A stretch of DNA of 44,659 bases, filler included, from Basidiobolus meristosporus CBS 931.73 (Eukaryota > Fungi > Basidiobolomycota), in the NCBI GenBank assembly GCA_002104905.1. It is 3 parts of 3 records of this genome, joined end to end, with 100 filler letters (N's around TTAATTAATTAA, not from the genome) between each part and the next. Parts side by side here need not be neighbours in the genome. Positions count along the whole stretch, not along the records: positions 1 to 21,039 come from MCFE01000995.1; positions 21,140 to 33,768 come from MCFE01001236.1; 1 more part is not named here. One strand, written 5' to 3'. Below are positions 11,715-22,901 of this stretch, in pieces. How positions within the stretch are numbered: position 1 is the first letter of the stretch; each line of letters starts with the position of its first letter. The notes beneath the pieces are model-generated. The model saw nothing but the letters and a program-made list of their open reading frames with translations, was not told where the DNA came from and ran no database searches. Position numbers and translations under genes: made by a program.

Positions 11715-13577
11715 TCATGCTGACTCACCAGGTGGGGTCTTTAGTGTAACAATGGATTCTGGGATGGTGCAGAAGCTGTTCCTTGGAATGGCCTGATTTC
11801 TCTCTATGGCCGGCTGAATATCCAATTTGACTGATTGAGAATATTCTTGAAAAGTTGGGGTTAACTCTTTTTTTGCCAGTTGGGATGAGATAATCTCTGG
11901 AATTTGATCCATCATTAGCGGCTGTGTTTTAGTGATTCCTGGATAGGAAACTGGTAGTCCACCTATGTGAAAGCCAAGTTTGGTGAATGTGTCCAGACCA
12001 ATGACTACCTGAGGTCCATCTGGTATGTCAATAACTTCCATCTGATGGATTATGGTTACTGAGCCACAATGTATGCTGATTGGGTTGGTAATGCCAATTC
12101 TTGGGGCTGAGAGATCCTTAGCTGCAAGAATAATTTTTCCTGGTTGTTTATCTATCTCCAAATTGAGTTCTCTGACTACTTTAGGTGATACAATAGAGTT
12201 GGATGATCCAGTATCCAGTAGTGCTATGTATGATTGGCCATTGAGGGTGAGTGGCACTTCTATGGCTTTGAGCTGTGTGATTGCTTGCTTCTTTTCTTGA
12301 GCAGTTGCAGTTTTAGCCGGAAACTCAAAGAGGTTGTGATAATCTTGAGCTGTAAGTTCTTCATATGCTTCTTCATACCCCATTATATCATTGGCTGAAT
12401 GGTCATCAAGGATCTGGGTAATTTTGGCTGATAGTGTGGAGTTCTTCTCAGGACAGGCAGGTGATCTATGTCCCATATTCCCACATTTAAAGCACTTGTC
12501 ATCAGCATATGGATTATCAGTTTTGGTGTTTTGCTGCTTTTCTGAGGTGTTTCCTGACTTGTTTGACTGCTTGGTGATGCCTTTGCATTCACTGATAGTA
12601 TGATAGCATTTTCCATGAAGCTCACAGTGCTTGGTAGCGTTTGACTGCTCCTTGGTCACATGACTGGTATCTTTTCCGGCTGTTGGGGGATCTTGGGTTG
12701 AGTTGCCTGAAGTCTGGATGACAGCTGCAGTCAAGGTGATTGCCAGTGTACATATCTCTGAGATCTGGTCATAGATACATGCAGGGTTGTATGCTTTGAC
12801 AATAGCAATATTGCTCTGTAGCTGGTGTGAAAAGTTTGAAAGAAAATGAGCAGTAAGCAATGGATTATCATCACTAACTCCAGCTAATCTCATTTGTCTT
12901 TGGAATCTATCACAGAAGTGTTGCACAGATTCACCTTTTTGCATTTTAGTTTTCCATAAGTCGCAGTTCATATGTGCTTTCTTGAGAGGATCTTCTAAAT
13001 GGCTGCAAAAGAGGTTTTGGGCAATTTTCCACGTACTATTGGAAGGAATGTTCACTTCAACCCAGTCAGCATCTTGCATTCTGAGACAGAGAGGCATAAG
13101 TCTAGCCCAGTTGGTGTCAGGGTCTAGCTGGTGTGCAGCTAAGACATGACTAAACTTGTAAAGAAACTCAGTTGGATTCTTGATGGCATTGGTGCCATCA
13201 GCATAAACAGGCAAGGATCTTGGGACAATCACCAGGGCAGGTCTAGAAGGAGATGTAAATCTGGAGGATTCAAAGGCATGACTTCTTGGTGGCTGATGCA
13301 GAGCACGGCTTGGTGGGTTTTCAATGCTGTCAATTACTATGGCAATATTCTCCAGTGCTTCCTTAATTATTCCAATTTCATCTTGGTAACCGGATATAAC
13401 TTCAAGGAGTTCATCTCTACGGTGATTATCAGATTGTGCTTTGGCAAGCTTTGAGTGCTCAAGCATCATGGTATTTCTTTCAAGCATGATGTTTTCAAGC
13501 TGTTCAGTAAGTTCTTCCTGATTTCTTCTGGCTTCTTCCAACATGGAAAGGTTTGGATTGCTTGCTGCTGAGGACAT
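11715..13577 (-). CDS. Chromovirus Gag-protease (5' part of a single gag-pol ORF; in-frame TGA then RRQYPIP)
   Basis: CCHC knuckle CFKCGNMGHRSPAC; aspartic protease ALLDTGSS; the frame continues past the stop into pol. Confidence 0.9.
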   Translation of the reverse strand: MSSAASNPNLSMLEEARRNQEELTEQLENIMLERNTMMLEHSKLAKAQSDNHRRDELLEVISGYQDEIGIIKEALENIAIVIDSIENPPSRALHQPPRSHAFESSRFTSPSRPALVIVPRSLPVYADGTNAIKNPTEFLYKFSHVLAAHQLDPDTNWARLMPLCLRMQDADWVEVNIPSNSTWKIAQNLFCSHLEDPLKKAHMNCDLWKTKMQKGESVQHFCDRFQRQMRLAGVSDDNPLLTAHFLSNFSHQLQSNIAIVKAYNPACIYDQISEICTLAITLTAAVIQTSGNSTQDPPTAGKDTSHVTKEQSNATKHCELHGKCYHTISECKGITKQSNKSGNTSEKQQNTKTDNPYADDKCFKCGNMGHRSPACPEKNSTLSAKITQILDDHSANDIMGYEEAYEELTAQDYHNLFEFPAKTATAQEKKQAITQLKAIEVPLTLNGQSYIALLDTGSSNSIVSPKVVRELNLEIDKQPGKIILAAKDLSAPRIGITNPISIHCGSVTIIHQMEVIDIPDGPQVVIGLDTFTKLGFHIGGLPVSYPGITKTQPLMMDQIPEIISSQLAKKELTPTFQEYSQSVKLDIQPAIERNQAIPRNSFCTIPESIVTLKTPPGESA

Positions 13578-13604
13578 CTTCTAATTGGCTGAATGTAATG
13601 GAAT

Positions 13605-13617
13605 TCAACAAAAAAAA
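13605..13617 (-). promoter_or_regulatory. Non-tRNA primer binding site (TTTTTTTTGTTGA), candidate self-priming PBS
   Basis: Follows the 5' LTR directly, has no TGG start, and is complementary to LTR sequence TCAAC(A/G)AAA at 13912-13904. Confidence 0.6.
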
Positions 13618-14314
13618 TGTTGTATCCAAGAGAAAGTGTGATAAAACTCTTGAATGGTTTAACTGAACCAAAGGGACAATTAAGTGCAGAATCTTAGAAT
13701 TGTCAGAGAGTGGAGGAATTATTAGCAGAAAGATTCTGATCTAATATTGGTCTTGGATATAGCTGGGTTGGCTATAAAGACAATGATATTTGTTTGCTAG
13801 GCAGGCTAGGCTTGGTGTTCTTAGGAGTGCTAGATATACTAGGCTTGGATAGAAACTAGAACGGAATTGTTGGATTCTTATTTTTGCTGAGACAGAATCT
13901 TAATTTCGTTGAGACACACACTAAATCAAAAGGTTCAGTAAACTTTATATATACTTCTCTGATCAAGGTGAATTAGTAAGCACCAAGGGACTGGATTGAT
14001 TGAAGTCAATTTGGGTGCTCATAGGTGCATAAGATAAATGAAAATTACATCATCAATCAACTGATGTCTTGGCAACTGCACAGTGGTTTGATAGATCTCA
14101 GATGACTAATCACCTGGGAAGGCTTGGCAGATAGGTTGATAACATAGTGACCATTTGAGAATAGATCAGGTGCGCTAGCTAAAAATAGATTCTGAGGTGG
14201 GATAAAATAAACTGTAATTGGGATTTGTTATGTTTGGGTTAGGGAAAATCAGTTAGGGTACTAGATTTTCAAACAGAGTAAAATTGGCTAAGTTATAAAT
14301 GTTGATGCACAACA
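13618..14314 (-). repeat. Chromovirus 5' LTR (697 bp)
   Basis: TG...CA termini; precedes the PBS and gag ATG at 13577. Confidence 0.95.
13944..13953 (-). promoter_or_regulatory. Candidate LTR TATA box (TATATATAAA; TATAAATAAA in the other LTR copies)
   Basis: Motif on the element sense strand, about 40 nt upstream of the PBS-complementary segment. Confidence 0.5.
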
Positions 14315-15165
14315 CCCCCATTACTGATATTAGTGTAAATGTGTCACTTCTCTAGCCACAACATTATATCATTCACCAGTGGATGGATCACTGGGCTCAC
14401 TTGGCTCCATAAAGTGTCCTTGGCACTTGTTTCAATGGGTTTTGTCTCATTGCATATAGGGATCTAACTAGGCTCATATGTGGTAGAGTTGTTAGGCAAG
14501 ATAGGCTCAAAATCCATCAGTGAACTTTCTTAGACAGAGCTATTACTCCGCAAGTCATATTCAGAAGGCTGAGGTGAGCCTAAAGGCAGCAAAAACTCAC
14601 CTGACTCAGTTTGCGCAAGGTGATAATGATGGCCAGGTGTCAAAGAAGTAGCATCAACTGGCTGGCAAGATAATGTTGGTACAACAGTGACCAATGTATA
14701 GTCAAATATGACTTGGGTGGTAAAACACTGGCTGTGATCCATGTAATACTTCCTATGTTGTCTGCATGCTTCATGGTTAAGAGGCCTGCCACAATAGCCA
14801 CATGGTCTTTTTTCTCTTCTCTTATGGCATTGAGTCAAAATAGTCTTCTCCATGGGGCAAACAGTTTGAACTTCAACAACATAATGCTATTGTATCACCT
14901 TTTGGTCAATACTCATGTGAACTTAAGACAGTCATGTATTTGAGACATTGCACATACATGAACACAAGATTCAATGATGACCTGCCACAGTAAGCATAAT
15001 AAATAAGGCTGTGGCACAACATACACACCTATATGTAACACCAATTCCCCTTTGGTTTGACTCACTTCCATATATATGCCGCCAAAAAATAAAGCAAAGT
15101 TGTCTGGTTCTCTACCAAGTCTCACCACTGACGGCAACAGAAGAGTGGTTTGACAACAGCTTGCT

Positions 15166-16983
15166 TTGACATTCAGTGCAACAAGCAGGGTTACATCCAT
15201 AAAAGGCCCTGTGGACAGTGCGCTCATTGAAGGTAATAATGAAGACTCCTCAGGCTCTCAGTCAAGTAAGCAATTGAGAACTTCTGCGCAGCTACAAGCT
15301 GACTGTTATGCTCAGGCAGATGAGAATGTAGCAGATGCAGTACTCTCAGCTGAAGATCAGCAAATGGCCATGATAACATTGCCAGCACCCATATTAGCAA
15401 TTATGCTGTCAGCTCATACCAAAGCATTAATTAAGCCATTAGGTGCAGTGGCTGATAGAATGGATGCAATGGCCCAGAGAAATCAGGAAATAGTCCAGAA
15501 GCAGGATGAGCAGATAATTTGTGTAGTGCAATCCATATCCCAGCTAGAGAAAGCAGTATCTTTGCTGCAAAGAAGGAACTCAAGTAGCTAAATGTCACAG
15601 CCAACAATTGAGCCATTTCCCAATGTAACAGCAGAGGAACACTGTACAGTCTTTGAAGCACAACAACAGTGCCAAAGATAAAGCCCACAGAAAAACCTCT
15701 CACAGCATGGCACGGAGACAATGTGGTGTATATACCAAAGCCTAAAATCAAAAGACATTGAAGATATGTGAAGCCACTGAGTGCAATAATGAAGTGTGGG
15801 CTAATATGCAAGAGGCCATCAGCGGTCTAGCATGCTATCACCTTAAGGCTGGCATACCATGGAACCATCAGGAACTCAAGGCCAAGCAGGATGCACTTGA
15901 CTTGTTCCATGAGCATTGTCCTGGATTCAAACAGGCAAACAGATTTTGGGCCAGCATTGGTATGCTAAGAAAGTATCTTAAGAATAGCAGAAACTATCAA
16001 AGGCAGAAGAACAAGGGTGCCATGGCTAAAAACTAGCAGCTTCCTCAAGTGCCCATTACAAGCAGGGCCAAAAGCTCCAGACAAGCATAAAAGAGACATC
16101 AGGCAGCTGGAAGAGGGCCAATTAAGGACAAGCAGGCAGACATGGATGCACTAGCACAACATTTATCAACAAAAAAGCATAGTACCACCCAAGAAGCACC
16201 CAGTCAGAGTAGCAGTGAAGGACCTGGTAGTGATAAAAACCAGTTGCTTTAACAGGAGCCCATCACAACTATGGTTGAAAGCTGAAAACAAGCAGAAAAG
16301 AAACGTCAGGTTGCCAGAAGAGTGCCAGCATGGAACAAGCAGGCCAGAACAGATGCGTCAGTGCAGAATTTATCCAGGAGAAAACATAGCTCTTGATAAG
16401 AAGCACTCATGAATGTAGCAGTGTAAGACCAGGCAGTGATAAAGGAAAAAGTAACAGGAAAAATGCCTACCCAACCCTGAGACAGGGAAGCATGCAAAAA
16501 AACTTGCAGTTCCTGCCAATTAACACCTCAAGCCAGTAACAGACTGAATTCCATCATAGCCAAGAGAAATTACCAAAAAGAAAACAGCTGTTTTCACAAG
16601 AGTTGGATGCACAGCCAGTTGATGTACACTTCTGCAAGGTAGATGAGCTTGCTGAAAAAGGCAAATTGTCTACCACAGCCTCTACTCACTCCATTGTTGA
16701 CAGAGTGGAGATCCCACTGACAGACAAGGCTACAACATCAAGAGCTCAAAAGACTATCACAATGCCCTCAGTGGAGTTTTGGAACATTAATAGGCACACC
16801 AAGAGGTTGCAGCGCTTCTTCAAGCGCAGTACTCAAGAAAACGCACTGGAATATTGCAAGAATTTATTGCAAAGTCTGGCAGAGGAGGAGCTAGACCTTG
16901 CGGTGCCAGGTGAAAACCAGGACATGTGGGAACCAGTGAATGAACAGTGCCATAAAGCCAATGGGTTCCTGCTAAAGTTGTGA
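15166..16983 (+). pseudogene. CACTA accessory ORF (second, divergently oriented gene), fragmented
   Basis: ORF pieces 15166-15591, 15758-16036 (GIPWNHQE...PGFKQANRFWAS...YLKNSRNY) and 16603-16983 are conserved in copy 2 (about 27961-29420). Confidence 0.6.
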
Positions 16984-17637
16984 AACCAGAGTGTTGCAGC
17001 AGAAATACTTATTGAGTGGTGGGTTTTAATGGAGCTACTTGTTGAGTGTGGGGTTGGGCTTAATGTTAGTGTTGGGTAAAGAGACTTGTATAGGTCAATA
17101 AAATTGGCAATTGAAGTACAACTGAAGTTTCAACAGAAATAAATTAATTTGTACGCATGAAAAGTAAGAGAAATGGTTAAGTCAGGAAGTAAGGAATGTG
17201 AGAAAAGGGCTATAGCCAGTCAATTCAGACAAGTGTAGGAGGCAATAGAGTGTCTGGGATCTAAGTTTTTTGTGAGATCTGGGTGCAATTATTTTTCAAT
17301 GGTCTCTGGATGGTGTCCCAACAAGAGCAGTACCTCTTAGTCATGGGACTTTAACTTTGTGACAGCCTTTTGACAGGATCATCTCAATAATTTTTCATAG
17401 GGTTACAGCTACCTAGTTTAAATCAAATATTGCATTATATGATAACCATGTAATGTAAGCAGTATGTCAAAGTAGTGGCACCACACATACACATATGTGT
17501 GACTCTTTGCTTACCCTGACTTTACTGGCTTTTATATAACCACCAGCAAAACAGAGTTGTCTGTCAGCCAACCAAACCATACATACCACAAACAATGCAG
17601 GACATTGGGAGGAAAACATCCTGCTTTGATAACTGCT

Positions 17638-20600
17638 TGTTGTATCCAAGAGAAAGTGTAATAAAACTCTTGAATGGTTTAACTGAACCAAAGGGACAAT
17701 TAAGTGCAGAATCTTAGAATTGTCAGAGAGTGGCGGAAATATTAGCAGAAAGATTCTGATCTAATATTGGTCTTGGATATAGCTGGGTTGGCTATAAAGA
17801 CAATGATATTTGTTTGCTAGGCAGGCTAGGCTTGGTGTTCTTTGAAGTGCTAGATATACTAGGCTTGGATAGAAACTAGAACGGAATTGTTGGATTCTTA
17901 TTTTTGCTGAGACAGAATCTTAATTTTGTTGAGACACACACTAAACCAAAAGGTTCAGTAAACTTTATTTATACTTTTCTGATCAAGTTGAATTAGTAAG
18001 CACCAAGGGACTGGATTGATTGAGATAAATTTGGGTGTTCATAGGTGCATAAGATAAATGAAAATTACATCATCAATCAACTGATGTCTTGGCAACTGCA
18101 CCATGGTTGGATAGATCTCAGATGACTAATCACCTGGGAAGGCTTGGCAGATAGGTTGATAACGTAATGGCCATTTGAAAATAGATCAGGTGTGATAGCT
18201 AAAAATAGATTCTGAGGTGGGATAAAATAAACTGTAACTGGGATTTGTTATGTTTGGGTTAGGGAAATCAGTTAGGGTACTAGATTTTCAAACGGAGTAA
18301 AATTGGCTAAGTTTTAAATGTTGATGCACAACATCACTTCCTTCCGGAAGAGGAGTTTTCTGATACCTTCTGGGTTCCTCTGAGGCTCCAATACTGATCA
18401 ATAATGGCAACATCATCAAAGTTGGTGTAAGGTTCCCAGGTGTTGTGTTTGGCATCATAGCCTTTCCACTTGACTAAATAAAGGCAATTTGGTTCTTCTC
18501 CATCATGGTCCACAATAGCTTCAACTTCATAGGATTCCAAAGTTACTGGGTCTTGAGAAATAAGTTTGAGTGAAGAAGGTGGAAAGTTTTTGGGTAGCAG
18601 TGCTCCAGTGTTATCCTGAAGTACATAAGATCCTCCAGTAGTGCGTCTGACAACCTTGAATGGTCCTTCATACTTGGGGTCAAGCTTAGATTGCCAAATT
18701 GGATCTAGTGTCATGACATATGACCCATCTGGGAAGCTGCTGTTCCTGTGTCTTGAGGCGTACGTTGAAGTCATCTTCTGCTGAGAGGCCTTACTTCTGG
18801 CACTGATAGCAGGGTAGACAATGTTGGTAAGGTACTCAAGCCGGTTCTTTAGCTTATCTGTATTCAAACTTACTAGCTCTGTATTCTGGTAGTCTCCAAA
18901 GTGGTTGTATCTTCTTCCAAACATCAAGGAAAATGGTGTTGATCCATGTAGAGCGGCAATTTTGGTGTTGATAGCATATTGTACAGTTGGAATGTACTTG
19001 TCCCAATTCTTCTTGATACCTTTGATAGATTTCCTGATGTTGTTCACTGAGGTCTGAACATGTCTTTCAGCCAGTCCATTAGCTTTGGGATGATATGGAG
19101 TGATCAGATGGTGATCAATGGCGCTATTCTGGCAAAGGGCTTTGATCACGTGATTCACAAATTCTGTTCCATTATCCGATTGAATGACCTTAGGGAATCC
19201 AAATGGGCAGAAGAGCTTGAATAGTTCTTGTGCAATAGTGGCAGCATGCTTGTCTGGGATAGCTTTGAGGAAGACAAAATGTGTGCAGACATCCACAATT
19301 ACAAAGAGGTAGTGATTACCATCATCATTAGTGGTGAAAGGTCCAGCTAGATCAATTGCAATATGATCCATAGGAAGGCTTGCATGGAAGGGGCTCAAAG
19401 GGTGAAATCCATGGCAGCTGATATTGTAAAGTTGACATTCTCTGCACGACTTGACAAATTCTAAGCAGTCAACTTTGATATTTGGCCAGTGATATCCATC
19501 AGAGTGTAGCTTCTTCATAAGTGTGTCAGCTCCAAAGTGGCCAAGTAAATGACTCCTCTGTATCAATGTTTTCCTTTGTTCTTCAGGTGGGACTTTCCAA
19601 GTTGCTGAAACCAGTTGAGGAATTATTTTGGAAGTTGTAGAGAGTTTACTGATTACATCAGTAATCACATGTCCCTCCCAGGGTGAAGTTGGAAAAAGTC
19701 TTGACAGGTGGTCAGGAAGGATGTTGAGAATTCCTGGGCAATGAATAACTGTATATTCATAATCAAGTAGAGTATCAAGCCAGTTGGTAAGCATTGGAGT
19801 CAGAGTCTTCTGAGTGTGCATATAGACAAGGGCTTGGTGGTCAGTGTACAAGGTAAAAGGATTACCCCATAGATACTGATGAAACTTCTTCAAGGCAAAG
19901 ACTATGGCAAGTAGCTCCTTCTTGGTAGCAGAGTAGTTTCTCTCAGCAGGTTGTAGGGACCTGGCTTGGAAAGAGATCCAGTGAGGTGGATTTTGGTCTT
20001 CATCTTGATAGAGGACTGCCCCTAACCCAACATTAGATGCATCCGTAGCAACAACAAAGGGCTTAGTAAAGTCTGGGTAGGATAAGGTGGGTGCTTGTGG
20101 AAGCAGTTGGCAGAGTGACTCAAAGGCTTGGTCATGAGTCTTGTTCCAGGCTGAGGTGAGATCAGGGCTATGGCGTAATGCATCTAAAGGGGCACTCAAT
20201 GAGGACATGAGTGGTATGTGTTCCCTGAAATAGTTGAATACTCCAAGATAATGTTGAAGTTGCTTGGCACTAGTGGGTTTTGGCCATTCTGGGATATTGA
20301 CCAGTTTGAAAGGATCTAATTGGTGGCCAGCTGGTGTGACTATAAATCCAAGTAGATTGATTTTGAGGCGGGCAAAACTGCATTTTTCAGCATTGAGAAT
20401 CAGTCCAGCAGTTGTCAGTCTGTTGATTACGTCAGTGACATGGGTTGCATGATCATCACGGTTAGTGGAAGATATGATGACATCATCAACAAATACCAAT
20501 GCGTATGGTGCATTCTTGAGTATTATAGTCATGACTCTCTGAAACTTGCTGGTAAGTGTCTTTAGGCCAAAGGGAGCTCCCTGAAACATCCATTGCATAT

Positions 20601-20878
20601 TATTCCAAGTGAAGGCAGTCTTATGCTGGTGATCAGGATGGATCTGGAATCGGTGATATGCATCCTTCAAGTCCAACTTGGAGAATACTTTTGCTCCTGA
20701 TAGTGCGGAAAAGATATCTTGGATTCTTGGAATTGGAAACTTGTCATCTTGGAGAAGCTTGTTCAGAGGTCTGGGGTCCAAACAGGGTCTCTTCAAGGTT
20801 AGATTTCCATCAGCATCTTTCTTTGGTGCAAGCGTCAAAGGGCTGTTGAATGTTGTGTTGACAGGGGCTTGAGTGATA
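17638..20878 (-). mobile_element. Second chromovirus copy (3' LTR plus pol), interrupted at 20878
   Basis: 696-bp LTR at 17638-18333 nearly identical to the other two; pol homologous to 9095-11630. Confidence 0.95.
18334..20878 (-). CDS. Uninterrupted chromovirus Pol fragment: RT-RNase H-integrase(GPY/F)-chromodomain
   Basis: Open frame with LDLKDAYHRF, FVDDV, TDASNVGLG, HLLGHFG..C..C, SDNGTEF, YEGPF, YEVEAIVDH..YLVKWKGY..NTWEP; the stop TGA is the last 3 nt of the PPT GGAAGGAAGTGA next to the LTR. Confidence 0.93.
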
Positions 20879-21039
20879 TGTGGTAATGGAAAGTATTCCA
20901 TTACTACAATATCTCTAAACCAATATTGCACTCATTTCTTTATTTTGCTTTTTGCTATCGTAACACACAAGTGAAAGATCAAGAATTTCCAACTTTGATG
21001 AACAAATGCTCCAGACGCTGACAAGCAATCCACCTAAGA
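20879..21039. repeat. Terminus of the hairpin-ended LTR-like element, inserted in Gypsy pol and running into the gap
   Basis: Reverse complement of about 4625-4787. Confidence 0.8.
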
Positions 21040-21139
21040 NNNNNNNNNNNNNNNNNNNNNNNNNNNNNNNNNNNNNNNNNNNNTTAATTAATTAANNNNN
21101 NNNNNNNNNNNNNNNNNNNNNNNNNNNNNNNNNNNNNNN
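21040..21139. other. Scaffold gap with six-frame-stop linker TTAATTAATTAA (21084-21095)
   Basis: 44 N + linker + 44 N; identical design at 33769-33868. Confidence 0.97.
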
Positions 21140-22889
21140 AAATACTGTTAGATGTTCTGCATTTGGTGTGTATCCATACCATGCTTCAAAAAGAGTAGAA
21201 TCACAAAGTATTCTGCTATAACTCCCACTCTAAATGGTATACAGTTGTGGCTACTGATTTGGCCCAAAAATCATATGATAACTTTTGATCATGGATCATA
21301 GATCTTACCATATTGATTTTTGATATGCTTGCATGCTCTGCTACTCCATTTGGCTGTGGGGAGTAAGGTATAGTAGTCTCTTGCTTTATCCCATTAATTT
21401 TACAGAAGTGGATGAAGAGTTTTGCAGTATACTTTCTGCTGCATTGGATCTAATTTTCTTAGTTTTGATTAACCCTGAGCTCTTGAATGGCTGTCTGGCT
21501 TGTTTCCCATATATGCAGGCTTCACAGTGCTCCAAATTAGCTGGGAGATCAGTTTTTACTCTGGAAATTTACTAATCTTTGATCTTTTGTGCAAATAATA
21601 TAAATCAATAAGTCCAAATCTCCTGTGCCAAAGCATTGGTATTTCTTCATTCATGTCACTTGTTTTGGCTCTCAGATATGATGGAATATAAGTGAACTTA
21701 TACAGATTCTGATCTCTGATACCTAAAGTAAGATCAGCACCATTTAAATCAGTGATCCTGCATCTAGAATGATCAAAGCTGAAACTGAGTTCTTCTGCTG
21801 TGGCCTTGCTTACAGATAGTAGGCTCTTGGCTATTTCTGGTATATAGAGTACTTCTTCAAAGGTCAGTGGATGGCTTCCTTCACTGCATTTAGGGTTTAC
21901 TTAGATAGTTCCTTCTTTCACTGCATCAGGCATTCTATTGTCACCCATGAGAACCTTCTTAATTGAACTATCTTAATAGTGGGTAAAAAGTTTGTATTGT
22001 TGTGTACAGTGTTAAGATGTTTCAGAGTCAACATACCATATCTGAGAACCCTTGTTTGCGGCTGTATTTAGTGTCAATATGAGTAGTCTATCTTTAGTTG
22101 TTGCAGAATCTCCATATTTTTAGGCTTTCTATGCTGACCATCTCTCTTATTCAAGCACCAGTCTGATGTGTGTCCTTTCCTTTTGTAGTTGTAGCAAAAC
22201 AAATTGCTATTGCCTTTAAATGGTCTTGGGTATCTTCTTTATTGGTTATCACTGCTTATTAAAGCATTTTCTTCATTCTTCTTATTGGCACTTAATTATC
22301 TTAATGCTTCATTCAGGAGCCTTCCACATACATAATTTCAGGTCAAATCTTCAGCTCTGAGCTCTAGGGCTGATATGAGGCACAGAAACCTGTCTGTCAG
22401 GCTATTCCAGATGGGACTGTCTCATCCTTATTGGTAGTTGGCTTGCCCAGAGATTCCATCTTACCTACCAACAGGCTTATTCTGTTAAATAGATTTTTCA
22501 TTTCTTCTCCTGGCTGCATCTTTGTAGTAAGCAATTTTTTGTCTGAGATACATTTTCTTGACAGCAGAACACAACTGGTAGGTGTCTTCATGTCTCTTCC
22601 AGGCATTCTTTGCTGCTTTAGCTCTTGAGCATTGAATTAGCAATTTGTTTTTGACATTGAGGCAAGTGCAGTTAAAGGCACTTTGTTCTTTTGTCTAGTA
22701 CTTTAAGGATTCCTCTCCCTCATTTTTAGGAGGGCATTCTTCTCCTGTGACAATATCACAAAGATCTGATTATTGCAACAGCATCTGCATCTTCACCTTC
22801 CATACTTGGTAGTTAGATTCATTTAAATTTTCAGCATAGAGAAAATTCCAGTAAAAGTAGTAGTAGACATTGCAGAAGGTGACAGCCTG

Positions 22890-22901
22890 GGGCCCACAAC
22901 C
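22890..22901 (-). promoter_or_regulatory. Copia PBS GGTTGTGGGCCC (internal tRNAi-Met type)
   Basis: Directly follows the LTR end CAACA; complementary to the initiator Met anticodon arm GGGCCCATAACC with one G-U pair. Confidence 0.75.

Larger units (their letters stand above)
8398..14314 (-). mobile_element. Full-length Ty3/Gypsy chromovirus (Tf1/sushi-like), 5917 bp
   Basis: Two 697-bp LTRs TGTTG...CAACA; 5-bp TSD ACCCC/CCCCC, with empty-site length matching the CACTA paralogue at about 26140-26160; gag-PR-RT-RH-IN-chromodomain order. Confidence 0.95.
5450..14853 (-). pseudogene. CACTA transposase (Transposase_21/Tnp2-like), split by a solo LTR and a Gypsy element, many stops
   Basis: N-terminal RPCGYCGRPL...H; RQLRSKGYFEAMYDHAFALTLD...WPLILINLDLPP (about 7900-8080); ICIGDTPAISKSAGFSGHNGWYCCQMC (about 6850-6950); YSIHSLL...PYPNL. 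The paralogue at about 25550-25630 reads ISGPKSPFNLDSYLYPLL. Confidence 0.8.
4975..17402 (-). mobile_element. Full-length CACTA (En/Spm, Transposase_21-type) DNA transposon, about 5.7 kb after removing nested inserts
   Basis: TIRs CCCTACAAAAA (4975) and TTTTTCATAGGG (ending 17402); 3-bp TSD TTA (4972-4974, 17403-17405); contains a Transposase_21-type pseudogene and a divergent second ORF. Confidence 0.85.

Noticed and set aside
8394-14319. 4-bp CCCC TSD for the chromovirus
   Set aside because: The right flank has five C; the empty-site length in CACTA copy 2 fits a 5-bp ACCCC/CCCCC duplication
20879-20908. Helitron 3' end
   Set aside because: The hairpin is AT-rich and terminal, with no CTRR about 10 nt beyond it and no A|T insertion site
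20879-20931. Start codon and first 18 aa (MQYWFRDIVVMEYFPLPH) of the 865-aa ORF
   Set aside because: Derived from the inserted hairpin-ended element; copy 1 shows the real upstream pol sequence (RQYPIPHS...NGIITQAP), so the ORF start is a chance fusion
21084-21095. Perfect palindrome TTAATTAATTAA (also 33813-33824)
   Set aside because: Centred in identical 100-bp N gaps and has stops in all six frames: an assembly linker
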